DNA from: Octopus sinensis
Lineage: Eukaryota
Length of the DNA: 64,000 nucleotides
Assembly (NCBI RefSeq): GCF_006345805.1
Contig: NC_043018.1
Span: 28,830,001-28,894,000, forward strand
Direction: 5' to 3'
The notes under the pieces were generated by a model. The model was not told the origin of the DNA. It was given only the letters and a program-made list of their open reading frames with translations, and did no database searches. Shown here piece by piece: positions 1 to 13,752 of this stretch (the stretch's first letter is position 1; each line of letters opens with the position of its first letter). The position numbers were made by a program, and so were the translations under genes.

Positions 1-286
1 TATCCTTTCGGGATCAATAGAATAAAGTACCAGACATGTAGTGGGGTCAATGTAATGGACTTGCCTTTTCCCCTCGAAAACAATCGATTAGACGCACGTA
101 CATTTATATAGTGTGCTATAAGACATATCTTTAATCTTTTTACGACGATTATAAGCAATTCGTTCGTATATGTGGGACAACAGAGAATGGTAAACAACAG
201 CATGCTTGGCTAGCTTTCCATCAAAAATCTCCTGCGGCTAAAATTCTGCCAGCTCTCCACCTTAACTGTAGCTCTAATATACTGCC

Positions 287-490
287 TTCAAATTTTGGCA
301 CAAAGGCAGCAACTTCTGGAAAGTGGCTATGTCGACTACATCGATCCCAGCGCTCAGCTGGCACATATTCTATCGATACCAAAAGGATGAAAGGCAAAGT
401 CAAATAATTGGAATTTGAACTCAGAGCGTAAAGCGGATGAAATGCTGCTAAACGTTTTGTTCGGCGTGCTAACGATTTTGCCAGCTCGCC
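287..490 (-). mobile_element. tRNA-derived SINE family alpha (Meta-domain-like)
   Basis: Reverse complement of GGCGAGCTGGCA...GAGTTCAAATT head and CCTTTCATCCTTT...GATA...ACCAG core; tail GTGCCAAAATTTGAA. Confidence 0.75.
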
Positions 491-1257
491 ATTGTACAAA
501 AGTGTGCTGGACGGTTTCATTGTCCAGCCCACATCTTGGACACGTCGGCGGCACTGACATTCCGTGCCTGGATAACTTATCGACCCGTCCCTTGGAGATA
601 GCAGTAATTCGCTCCGGCTCGCAATATAAAGAAAACCAAGCGACAATCAGTCACTGATCTTGCAATAAGTAAAGTAGCTAGTAAGAAAATCTCAAGAAGA
701 TATATTATGTATAACATTTTAAGCAACTCGATGATAGCTGACGGTGTTGGTGGTGGAGAGATTGTACGGCGCTAACGATCACTAAATTATTCATAGAGAA
801 AATAAAGTTGTTGATATGACAGTTGGATTTTGGTCGAAATCTGTTATGCAAGTATGGAATTAAAGTAATATTACAGAGAAAAGTTGGAAGCGTTCTTCAA
901 GTCCAGACTTGCATGTAAATTTGGCTTAACCACAGAACGAGACACCATAATGAATTCGCTGAAATTATAGAAGCCATCGGCTCTTGCTAGACTGGTTAGT
1001 CCGGGCTCTTTTTGTTCATGAGAAACATGTCGAAACACATGTGTCCCTTGCGCTAAATAATGGAATGTGTTATGAACACGTAGTCGTCGTAAGAGAGAGG
1101 TTGTTATCGCTTCGAACGAGCACAACAGCGATTCAGCGTATTTGCATTTGAATATACGGAATATATTGAGATTAAATTTGCGAATCATCGTCGTCATAAT
1201 GATACTTGCATTTGTTCTTAGGCTAAAACACGCACATACACAGATACCCAAAACCAT

Positions 1258-1454
<197 letters not shown>

Positions 1455-4400
1455 CTTAGTGGGGGATTGGAATGCTACCTTGGACACGCATGTAGACTAC
1501 GTGGGTAGAGATAGGAATAGACGGGGATGCAAATGCCTCAGAGACCTGCTCAGATGCTTTCAACTGTCTGACAGGTTCCGACTAGACCACCCGAATGCGC
1601 CAACGTGGACATGGAGCAACCGCATCGGGTCGTCGAGATCGTATCTAGATAGGATACTGTGTAGGACAGTAGATAGAGATAGCATAGGATGTCCACAATT
1701 CCACATAGTCAGCTACACGGATCACAAACTTGTGACATGTACGCTAGACTTAGGTAAGACACTTAGGCAGGGTCCCGGATACTGGAAACTAAACGCGTCT
1801 TTCCCATCGAGACAGTTTTCAGAGACCGGATTAGCACACTAGTAAAGAGGGCTTTGACGGGAGCCATCATCAACAACAAATGGTGGTTTGCCCCCAAGAG
1901 AGCAGTAAAAGCAGAAGCGATTAGGTACAGCAAGCACTACCATAGACAGAAATAGAGTAGAGGGTGAGCTAGTTAAGAAGCTAGAAGAGGCAATTAGAAG
2001 CGGCATCGCATCCGACGTTTTGGCGGCGAGGTTGGCCCTCGACCAACACTTCAACGCCAAACACGAAGGATGTGCTGTCAGAGCTAGATGCGTGCTCTAA
2101 GGAACGAAGGTGTTGGAGCCGCGAGAGAGGCCCGAGTGGCAGAGGCGCAACAGGGCAACAAGCCACCCATTCGGTCACTGGTAGATGAACAGTGGCGCGA
2201 ATTGCTCGAGCCAAGTAAAATGTGTGAGGCCTTTCAGCGCATTTTGCCCGACTGTTCGGAACGAGTGGAGGGCAAGAACGTAGGGTGGACTTCAGTGCCT
2301 ACCTACATAGCCTACCACGACTCTCGACAAGAAGGGCAGGGTGCTGCGAAGGTGCCATCACGGCGGCGGAAGTGCGGGAAGCGATGGCAGAATGCTCGAG
2401 GGACAAATCACCGGTTTGGATGGTCTACCCTACGAGCTTTACAATTGTATGCCAGACTTGTTTGGAGATCTCTTGGCGGCGGTGTACTGCAACTGGCAGC
2501 AAAACGGGAGCATTCCTGGTTTGTGAGCCGAGGAGCCGTAACACTGCTGAAGAAAGATCTAAACAAGGGAAATGTAATAGATAACTTTAGGCCCATCACT
2601 CTGCTTAATGCAGACTTGAAAATTTTGGCCAAGGTGCTAGCCAAGAGGTTGGCGCTTGTCATCGAGAAACTGGTCGACAAGGCGCAAACATGCGCCGTGC
2701 CAGGCCGGACCATCCATGACAACCTCCATCTGATGCGCTACATCATAGACAGGGTAGTTAACGAACCTGGCATGGGTGGGGCCCTGATCAACTTGGATCA
2801 ATCGAAAGCCTTTGATAGGGTAGACCATCGATACTTGGAGGCAGTCCTGAGAGCGGCTGGTTTCGGTCCCGTCTTCCGCGGCTGGATAGCTGCCTTGTAC
2901 AGAGGCATCCGTTCGGTAATTCGCGTAAATGGACATCTATCGAGACCTTTCGACATTGCACGTTCGGTCCGTCAGGGATGCCCCCTCTCGGCGCTTCTAT
3001 ACGTATTGACTCTTGAGCCACTACTGCGGAAGCTGGCGACTCTAAGGGGCATCCCGCGAGAATTGGGATGCGGGACGAGCGTGTCTGCATACGCGGACGA
3101 CGTCACCGTCATAGTGTCTAGCCACGAGCACATCGAGCTGGTCGGCGAGACACTGAAAAATTACGAAGCGGTGACAGGAGCGAAAATCAACCGGGAAAAG
3201 TCAGTGGGCTTGCGACTAGGCACCTGGAGAAGCAAGCCCATGCCGTCCACCAGCGCCTCCGTCGTGGGACGCTGGACCGACGGCCCGGTTGAGTTGCTCG
3301 GGGTCTGGTTTGGTTCGGACCTCCAAGTGGAGAAGAACTGGAACGAGATAACGAGTAGGGTGGTCACTCTCGCCCGGCAATGGCCGAGAGGAAACTGTCC
3401 CTAAAAGGTCGAGCGAAGGTGGCGAACACGTACATCGCGTCCGTCTCTACTACCGCCGCCTGACCGTCGTACCTTGTCCCGACCCTACCATCACCAAACT
3501 ACAACGCATCCTCTTCGCTTCTTGTGGAAAGGATGCGTTCCGATGGTCAGGCGATCCATTTGCTGTCAACACCCGTTAAAAGGAGGGCTGGGCATGCCGT
3601 GGTTGATGATGCGCAGACACGCGCTGAGACTGCGACATCTCTGGCTCTATGTAGACGACGGTGAACAGGTGGGTCGACGTGAGTGCGCCTTTGCCCGCTT
3701 TCCAGCTCGTCTCCATGACCGAACTGCAGTCGTGGATCAAAAAGAGGCCGAGGAAGGGCGAATGGCACCGCGAGTGTCGCGTTGCTCTCAAGCAACTCTG
3801 CCGGTCCTGGGTCGACCTTAAGTGACTTCAACACAACCAAAGCATTCTATAGGGGTTTAGTGGAGGGGAGTACGACGACGAGCTCGGGGCGAACCTGGAC
3901 GTCGACGAGGAGTACCTGACCCGCCTGTTCGGGACGACTTTCGGCCAGGGCCCATGGACAACTTCCAGAGATCCCTGGCCTGGCAGTGCTACTGAGAAGC
4001 GCTACCCGTTCGGGATAAGCTCTACAGACATGGCTCGAGAAACCGGGCCGACCTGCCCGAGATGCGGTCAGAGCGACGAAACCGTTCTGCACGCACTCGT
4101 TCAGTGTCCAACAATTTCCGACCTGTGGGCTTATGTCGAACAACTGCTGTCACGTGTGGGACGAGTCGGTTTATCAGCTGAGTCTATCGTCATATTGTCA
4201 CGCCTCCTTCCTTCAAACGGGAAGAAGAGCTATTTTCATCATCCTTGTGGCTATGGCGAAAGAATGTATCTGGTGGACGCGTCTGAAAGGATTGGAGACA
4301 AACACTTTCCTCTCTGGTCAATCTCTCATCAACTTCTTCAAGTACCACTTGAAAAGGAAAGTGAGAGTAGAGAGGCAAGTTTTGTCTAGCGAATGTTTTA

Positions 4401-4848
4401 AAAAAAGATGGGTGAATGTAGCAAGAATGGCACGTATGAATGACGAAGCCACCTTGAGCATAGTCCTATGAACCCAGAAATCGAAAACAGAGAGTGCTTA
4501 TTTGCAAAAAAAAAAAAAAAAAGAAATATAAAATGTGACTTCATTGACCGAGGTTACCGTGGTCTTTTCCGTAGGCTTTTCTTTCCACGGGTAAACCTCA
4601 CCTGTCCTCCCCTTTACACTTCATATTGACATGTCTGTGATAACGATCCCTATTGATCAATTTTTTTTCCTCTCCCCCTTTTTTTTTTTAACCCCCCCCT
4701 TTCTTTTGTCCTCTTTCTCTCCTTTTACGATCCCTTTTGATCGAAACTCCCCCTTCCTTTTTTTTTTTTTTAAAAACCTTCAAAAGAAAAGCTCTACCTT
4801 GTAATTTGTTCTATCTGTGTGCAGCCCTGTGTGGCTAATAAAGAAACA
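1455..4848 (+). mobile_element. Tx1/L1-clade LINE family 1, copy A (5'-truncated within the endonuclease)
   Basis: Starts at CTTAGTGGGGGATTGG (GDWNATLD region); contains EN end, RT and C-terminal zinc finger; 3'UTR ends AATAAAGAAACA then TATC. Confidence 0.95.
1459..4471 (+). CDS. ORF2 remnant (APE C-half, reverse transcriptase, zf-RVT-like), frameshifted as assembled
   Basis: Motifs [86 protein letters not shown]; ends EATLSIVL*. Confidence 0.9.
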
Positions 4849-4884
4849 TATCTATTTATCTATCTATCTATCTATCAATCTATC

Positions 4885-4915
<31 letters not shown>

Positions 4916-4932
4916 CTATCTATATATCTATC

Positions 4933-5014
<82 letters not shown>

Positions 5015-5015
<1 letters not shown>

Positions 5016-7268
5016 TTGGCCAAGGTGCTAGCCAAGAGGTTGGCGCTTGTCATCGAGAAACTGGTCGACAAGGCGCAAACATGCGCCGTGCCAGGCCGGA
5101 CCATCCATGACAACCTCCATCTGATGCGCTACATCATAGACAGGGTAGTTAACGAACCTGGCATGGGTGGGGCCCTGATCAACTTGGATCAATCAAAAGC
5201 CTTTGATAGGTGACCATCGATACTTGGAGGCAGTCCTGAGAGCGGCTGGTTCGGTCCCGTCTTCCGCGGCTGGATAGCTGCCTTGTACAGAGGCATCCGT
5301 TCGGTAATTCGCGTAAATGGACATCTATCGAGACCTTTCGACATTGCACGTTCGGTCCGTCAGGGATGCCCCCTCTCGGCGCTTCTATACGTATTGACTC
5401 TTGAGCCACTACTGCGGAAGCTGGCGACTCTAAGGGGCATCCCGCGAGAATTGGGATGCGGGACGAGCGTGTCTGCATACGCGGACGACGTCACCGTCAT
5501 AGTGTCTAGCCACGAGCACATCGAGCTGGTCGGCGAGACACTGAAAAACTACGAAGCGGTGACAGGAGCGAAAATCAACCGGGAAAAGTCAGTGGGCTTG
5601 CGACTAGGCACCTGGAGAAGCAAGCCCATGCCGTCCACCAGCGCCTCCGTCGTGGGACGCTGGACCGACGGCCCGGTTGAGTTGCTCGGGGTCTGGTTTG
5701 GTCCGGACCTCCAAGTGGAGAAGAACTGGAACGAGATAACGAGTAGGGTGGTCACTCTCGCCCGGCAATGGCCGAGAGGAAACTGTCCCTAAAAGGTCGA
5801 GCGGAGGTGGCGAACACGTACATCGCGTCCGTCATCTACTACCGCCTGACCGTCGTACCTTGTCCCGACCCTACCATCACCAAACTACAACGCATCCTCT
5901 TTCGCTTCTTGTGGAAAGGATGCGTCCCGATGGTCAGGCGATCCATTTGCTGTCAACACCCGTTAAAAGGAGGGCTGGGCATGCCGTGGTTGATGATGCG
6001 CAGACACGCGCTGAGACTGCGACATCTCTGGCTCTATGTAGACGACGGTGAACAGGTGTGGTCGCCGTTTGTGAGGCACGCTTTCCCGCAGCTCGTCTCC
6101 ATGACCGAACTGCAGTCGTGGATCAAAAAGAGGCCGAGGAAGGGCGAATGGCACCGCGAGTGTCGCGTTGCTCTCAAGCAACTCTGCCGTCCTGGGTCGA
6201 CCTTAAGTGACTTCAACACAACCAAAGCATTCTATATAGGGGTTTAGTGGAGGGGAGGTACGACGACGAGCTCGGGGCGAACCTGGACGTCGACGAGGAG
6301 TACCTGACCCGCCTGTTCGGGACGACTTTCGGGCCAGGCCCATGGACAACTTCCAGAGATCCCTGGCCTGGCAGTGCTACCGAGAAGCGCTACCCGTTCG
6401 GGATAAGCTCTACAGACACGGCTCGAGAAACACGGGGCCGACCTGCCCGAGATGCGGTCAGAGCGACGAAACCGTTCTGCACGCACTCGTTCAGTGTCCA
6501 ACAATTTCCGACCTGTGGCTTATGTCGAACAACTGCTGTCACGTGTGGGACGAGTCGGTTTATCAGCTGAGTCTATCGTCAATATTGTCACGCCTCCTTC
6601 CTTCAAACGGGAAGGAAGAGCTATTTTCATCATCCTTGTGGCTATGGCGAAAGAATGTATCTGGTGGACGCGTCTGAAAGGATTGGAGACAAACACTTTC
6701 CTCTCTGGTCAATCTCTCATCAACTTCTTCAAGTACCACTTGAAAAGGAAAGTGAGAGTAGAGAGGCAAGTTTTGTCTAGCGAATGTGTTTAAAAAAAGA
6801 TGGGTGAATGTAGCAAGAATGGCACGTATGAATGACGAAGCCACCTTGAGCATAGTCCTATGAACCCAGAAATCGAAAACAGAGAGTTGCTTATTTGCAA
6901 AAAAAAAAAAAAAAAAAAAAAAAGAAATATAAAATGTGACTTCATTGACCGAGGTTACCGTGGTCTTTTCCGCAGGCTTTTCTTTCCACGGTAAACCTCA
7001 CCTGTCCTCCCCTTTACACTTCATATTGACATTTCTGTGATAACGATCCCTATTGATCATTTTTTTTTCCTCTCCCCCCCCCTTTTTTTTTTTTTTTTTT
7101 TTTAACCCCCCTTATTTTTGTCCTCTTTCTCTCCTTTTACGATCCCTTTTGATCGAACCTCCCCCTTCCTTTTTTTTTTTTTTTTTTTTTTTAATACCTT
7201 CAAAAGAAAAGCTCTACCTTGTAATTTGTTCTATCTGTGTGCAGCCCTGTGTGGCTAATAAAGAAAAA
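5015..7268 (+). mobile_element. Family 1 copy B (5'-truncated at the start of RT)
   Basis: Follows (TATC)n 4849-5014; begins TTTGGCCAAGGTGCTAGCC (LAKVLAKRL); stop at 6861-6863; same 3'UTR. Confidence 0.95.
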
Positions 7269-7276
7269 TATCTATC

Positions 7277-7327
<51 letters not shown>

Positions 7328-7352
7328 ATATCTATCTATCTATCTATCTATC

Positions 7353-7387
<35 letters not shown>

Positions 7388-7457
7388 ATCTATCTATCTA
7401 TCATCTATCTATCTATCTATCTATCTACCTATCTATCTATCTATCTATCTATCTATC

Positions 7458-7562
<105 letters not shown>

Positions 7563-7795
7563 CCTTCTCTCAATCCTCACAATGGACGGACGCTAGTCAT
7601 ATCGGCTCCACGTAAGTTGGCCACTTTTACATGTTTAAAACTCCTTGTTGTCAAATATTTTGTTTTAATCGTTGTGCAAGTTCATTCACTAAAAAACCTG
7701 AGAATTATTCACGTAGAATTCCGCCCCTGTTTGGGCGAAATTACAAAAAAACTTTCAAAACTTTCGTGGGTTTTTTAGCCATTTTTCATTTGAAA

Positions 7796-9739
7796 ATGGC
7801 AACTAGAAACCACGTGGCTAGCCCGCCAGTCATGCAGAACGGTAGCAAAACACTATTGCTACCACTAGCTGCTAAACATCGCAGCGTGAACACCGCTGTC
7901 ACCACCATCACCACCACCACCAACAACAACAACAAATCTAACTCGCATTCACCATCGCCGCGACCAAAGACATTAACTTACATTTCCCCTCACTCCCCAC
8001 ACCACTTGTTGATGATAAAGGGACAAGAAAGGGATTTCAAAAATGAATACAAACGAAAACATGAATGCCAGCACCACCACCATCACCACCAACACAACAA
8101 CAACGAAATTGGCACAAAGCCGCCTACCAAAGACAACACCGCCAACACCAACACCACTACTACGACGTCAAATGCTACATCCAAGCCTTCTGCTGCTAAT
8201 ACCGCCAACACCAACACCACTACCATGACTTCAATTAACACTGCCACAATTAACACTTCTACTGCCAAATTCAAAACGAATTTTGCGGACGTAACAAAAC
8301 AAAAAAGAACAATTGTAACATTCACCACACAAGAGATAAACCGCACAAAGGCACTCTTCTCCAAAGAAGGAGACAAATTGCACCCATCATATTCCACAAC
8401 ACATCGTGGAAACACCAAAACAAAACAATAATTTAAAGAATAATAAACAAAAAACAAGAAGAACAGAAAATGCAACGCAGGAAAAATCGATAAATGCCTT
8501 CGTCCTGTATGGGACTCCAAGGAATATATCAGGGGAAACAAATTTGTACGAGTCCATACGTTTTCCTCAACGAAAGTTTAGCAAAACGTTTTTCCACATT
8601 GGAGCTGCATTCGAACGACTTGGTAATGATACCACCTACTTAAACAAAAGGGTCACGAAATTCCAAATAAAAACATACCATTTGATGTCGAAACACAATG
8701 GTTGGTCTCTGCCATCTGCCTTGAAATGTCAGAGACAATGTCAAGACAAACATCCTGGAAATCGCGGTTCTAGGAGAGAAAACTATGTGGGCAAATCAAT
8801 CGAATTCCTGCTTCAATTGGATGAAGCAGCAAGAGAGAAATACCCACCGCTATAGAACTGCCAGGAGGCTACAACTCTATATTAGTGGTAGGGCAGGCGG
8901 ACCGGACTCTCGCTGGATTTTTGGTGTGGAAACGAACACACTTGAAAAAGACGTGCCCAACCACTGCACACAAGAGCAACAACAACAACACTACCCACCA
9001 ACAACCAAAGCACTCCGGAAAAAAGCTCTACTACCCACACCACCATCAACACAGAAGACAAAGAAGCACACCAGCTAATCCTCATCAACCAAAAACCACT
9101 CAACACCTGAAAAAATACCCAACAACCACCATCACAGCACAAAACCCAAAGGAACAGAAAAACAAAGAAAACACACACAAACACTCAACAACCACAACAA
9201 CAAAACAACAACAACACACCACTTACACAGACATACCTAGAAGCCCACAACATACCCCTACCCCCCCTTCGATTCCTCAGAAATTTCGTCGGAAGACGAA
9301 AGCAGTGAGGAATGGCAAATCTACAAAAAGAAGGAAAATAAAGCAGAACACACACCCAACCAAATGCAAACACGAACAAGCAGGGGGTAAATACATCTCC
9401 CGAAGACATTTCAAACCCCACGCAAACAACAGCCACACCAACACCACAAAAACATATACAGCAAACATGCTCACAGCCATAGACACCAAAACACAAATTT
9501 GATGGAATACTCCAATCAAAACCAAACATAACAGAAGATGACATAAAACAAACATCACCCATACACAAACACCACCAGACCACATCAAAATATTACCACA
9601 CTCCAAAAGTCTGCACCACACACTCAAAGGCATTTTCCCCAGTGCGGTTGGTAAATGCCAAAAATATCTCACAAGAAACTGTACTGGGATCTTCTCGAGG
9701 ACAAACCAACGGAGGAGAAAGCAAAACTTTCGAGCATAA
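7796..9739 (+). CDS. ORF1 (gag-like, Thr/Asn-rich N-terminus), many frameshifts as assembled
   Basis: ATG at 7796 (MATRNHVASPP); collinear with ORF1 of copy C'. Confidence 0.75.
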
Positions 9740-9770
9740 GTAACCCTCTGTATTCTAATTCATTAGAACT

Positions 9771-12700
9771 ATGATCAAGATTGGTTGTGTAAATGCGCGT
9801 GGCTTGGGGTCCCCTTTGAAACAGGGGTACCTCTTAAATGACATAAAGTTCCATAAGTTAGAAATCATAGCCATAAGCGAGACCAGACTCCACAATCCGC
9901 GGCCCTAAAGACCATGTTTGGCGGACAGTTCAACATTTATTTTTCCCCCTGTCTGCCGAGAATGGGCGGTATTGGCACCCGCGGTACTTTTTCACAAGAG
10001 TCTGGATCTCAATGTAGGACAATATTCGTAGACCCGGAGGGTAGACTGGTCGTCCTGGATGGCGACGGCAGCAATGGGTGCGCTTTTCGACTCGTATCAG
10101 TTTACGCACCGCCCTTAACAGGTCGGGCGGATTTCTTTCAAACGTCTAGAAATTTTCTTGGGAACGTCTCGTCCTTTACTCTTAGTGGGGGATTGGAATG
10201 CTACCTTGGACACGCATGTAGACTACGTGGGTAGAGATAGAATAGACGGGGGGATGCAAATGCCTCAGAGACCTGCTCAGACGCTTTCACTGTCTGACAG
10301 GTTCCGACTAGACCACCCGAATGCGCCAACGTTGACATGGAGCAACCGCATCGGGTCGTCGAGATCGTATCTAGATGGATACTGTGTAGGACAGTAGATA
10401 GAGATAGCAGCAGGATGTCCACAATTCCACATAGTCAGCTACAACAGGATCACAAACTTGTGACATGTACGCTAGACTTAGGTAAGACACTTAGGCAGGG
10501 TCCCGGATACTGGAAACTAAACGCGTCTTTCCCATCGAGACAATTTTCAGAGACCGGATTAACACACTAGTAAAGAGGCTTTGACGGAGCCATCATCAAC
10601 AACAAATGGTGGTTTGCCCTCAAGAGAGCAGTAAAAGCAGAAGCGATTAGGTACAGCAAAGCACTAGCCATAGACAGAAATAGAGTAGAGGGTGAGCTAG
10701 TTAAGAAGCTAGAAGAGGCAATTAGAAGCGGCATCGCATCCGACTTTTGGCGGCGAGGTTGGCCCTCGCCCAACACTTCAACGCCAACACGAAGGATGTG
10801 CTGTCAGAGCTAGGATGCGTGCTCTAAGGAACGAAGTTGTTGGAGCCGCGAGAGAGGCCCGGGTGGCAGAGGCGCAACATGGCAACAAAGCCACCATTCG
10901 GTCACTGGTAGATGAACAGGGCGCGAATTGCTCGAGCCAAGTAAAATGTGTGAGGCCTTCAGCAGCATTTTGCCCGACTGTTCGAACGAGTGGAGGGCAA
11001 GAACGTAGGGTGGACTTCAGTGCCTACCTACATAGCCTACCACGACTCCGACAAGAAGGCAGGGTGCTGCGAAGGTGCCATCACGGCGGCGGAAGTGCGG
11101 GAAGCGATGGCAGAATGCTCGAGGGACAATCACCGGGTTTGGATGGTCTACCCTACGAGCTTTACAATTGTATGCCAGACTTGTTTGGAGATCTCTTGGC
11201 GGCGGTGTACTGCAACTGGCAGCAAAACGGGAGCATTCCTGGTTTTGTGAGCCGAGGAGCCGTAACACTGCTGAAGAAAGATCTAAACAAGGGAATGTAA
11301 TAGATAACTTTAGGCCCATCACTCTGCTTAATGCAGACTTGAAAATTTTGGCCAAGGTGCTAGCCAAGAGGTTGGCGCTTGTCATCGAGAAACTGGTCGA
11401 CAAGGCGCAACATGCGCCGTGCCAGGCCGGACCATCCATGACAACCTCCATCTGATGCGCTACATCATAGACAGGGTAGTTAACGAACCTGGCAGGGTGG
11501 GGCCCTGATCAACTTGGATCAATCGAAAGCCTTTGATAGGGTAGACCATCGATACTGGAGGCAGTCCTGAGAGCGGCTGGTTTCGGTCCCGTCTTCCGCG
11601 GCTGGATAGCTGCCTTGTACAGAGGCATCCGTTCGGTAATTCGCGTAAATGGACATCTATCGAGACCTTTCGACATTGCACGTTCGGTCCGTCAGGGATG
11701 CCCCCTCTCGGCACTTCTATACGTATTGACTCTTGAGCCACTACTATACTGCGGAAGCTGGCGACTCTAAGGGGCATCCGCGCGAGAATTGGGATGCGGG
11801 ACGAGCGTGTCTGCATACGCGGACGACGTCACCGTCATAGTGTCTAGCCACGAGCACATCGAGCTGGTCGGCGAGACACTGAAAAACTACGAAGCGGTGA
11901 CAGGAGCGAAAATCAACCGGGAAAAGTCAGTGGGCTTGCGACTAGGCACCTGGAGAAGCAAGCCCATGCCGTCCACCAGCGCCTCCGTCGTGGGACGCTG
12001 GACCGACGGCCCGGTTGAGTTGCTCGGGTTCTGGTTTGGTCCGGACCTCCAAGTGGAGAAGAACTGGAACGAGATAACGAGTAGGGTGGTCACTCTCGCC
12101 CGCAATGGGCCGAGAGGAAACTGTCCCTAAAAGGTCGAGCGAAGGTGGCGAACACGTACATCGCGTCCGTCATCTACTGCCGCCTGACCGTCGTACCTTG
12201 TCCCGACCCTACCATCACCAAACTACAACGCATCCTCTTTCGCTTCTTGTGGAAAGGATGCGTTCCGATGGTCAGGCGATCCATTTGCTGTCAACACCCG
12301 TTAAAAGGAGGGCTGGGCATGCCGTGGTTGATGATGCGCAGACACGCGCTGAGACTGCGACATCTCTGGCTCTATGTAGACGACGGTGAACAGGTGTGGT
12401 CGCCGTTTGTGAGGCACGCTTTCCCGCAGCTCGTCTCCATGACCGAACTGCAGTCGTGGATCAAAAAGAGGCCGAGGAAGGCGAATGGCACCGCGAGTGT
12501 CGCGTTGCTCTCAAGCAACTCTGCCGTCCCGGGTCGACCTTAAGTGACTTCAACACAACCAAAGCATTCTATAGGGGTTTAGTGGAGGGGAGGTACGACG
12601 ACGAGCTCGGGGCGAACCTGGACGTCGACGAGGAGTACCTGACCCGCCTGTTCGGACGACTTTCGGGCCAGGGCCCATGACAACTTCCAGAGATCCCTGG

Positions 12701-13197
12701 CCTGGCAGTGCTACCGAGAAGCGCTACCCGTTCGGGATAAGCTCTACAGACATGCTCGAGAAACACGGGGCCGACCTGCCCGAGATGCGGTCAGAGCGAC
12801 GAAACCGTTCTGCACGCACTCGTTCAGTGTCCAACAATTTCCGACCTGTGGGCTTATTATGTCGAACAACTGCTGTCACGTGTGGGACGAGTCGGTTTAT
12901 CAGCTGAGTCTATCGACAATATTGTCACGCCTCCTTCCTTCAAACGGGAAGGAAGAGCTATTTTCATCATCCTTTGTGGTATGGCGAAAGAATGTATCTG
13001 GTGGACGCGTCTGAAAGGATTGGAGACAAACACTTTCCTCTCTGGTCAATCTCTCATCAACTTCTTCAAGTACCACTTGAAAAGGAAAGTGAGAGTAGAG
13101 AGGCAAGTTTTGTCTAGCGAATGTTTTAAAAAAGATGGGTGAATGTAGCAAGAATGGCACGTATGATGACGAAGCCACCTTGAGCATAGTCCTATGA
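9771..13197 (+). CDS. ORF2 (APE endonuclease, RT, zinc finger), frameshifted as assembled
   Basis: ATGATCAAGATTGGTTGT (MIKIGCVNARGL) at 9771; VYAP, GDWN, YADD; collinear with the other copies. Confidence 0.85.
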
Positions 13198-13583
13198 ACC
13201 GAAATCGAAAACAGAGAGTTGCTTATTTGCAAAAAAAAAAAAAAAAAAGAAATATAAAATGTGACTTCATTGACCGAGGTTACCGTGGTCTTTTCCGTAG
13301 GCTTTTCTTTCCACGGGTAAACCTCACCTGTCCTCCTCCCTTTACACTTCATATTGACATGTCTGTGATAACGATCACTATTGATCAATTTTTTTTTCCT
13401 CTCCCCCTTTTTTTTTTTTAACCCCCCCCCCCCTTTCTTTTGTCCTCTTTCTCTCCTTTTACGATCCCTTTTGATCGAAACGTCCCCTTTCCTTTTTTTT
13501 TTTAAACCTTCAAGAAAAGCTCTACCTTGTAATTTGTTCTATCTGTGTGCAGCCCTGTGTGGCTAATAAAGAACATATCTATT

Positions 13584-13650
<67 letters not shown>

Positions 13651-13651
13651 G

Positions 13652-13706
<55 letters not shown>

Positions 13707-13711
13707 AATCT

Positions 13712-13751
<40 letters not shown>

Positions 13752-13752
<1 letters not shown>

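Larger units (their letters stand above)
7563..13575 (+). mobile_element. Family 1 copy C (full-length, about 6.0 kb)
   Basis: Follows (TATC)n 7269-7562; about 230-bp 5'UTR, ORF1, ORF2, 3'UTR ending AATAAAGAACA then TATC; 5' end coincides with copy C'. Confidence 0.95.
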
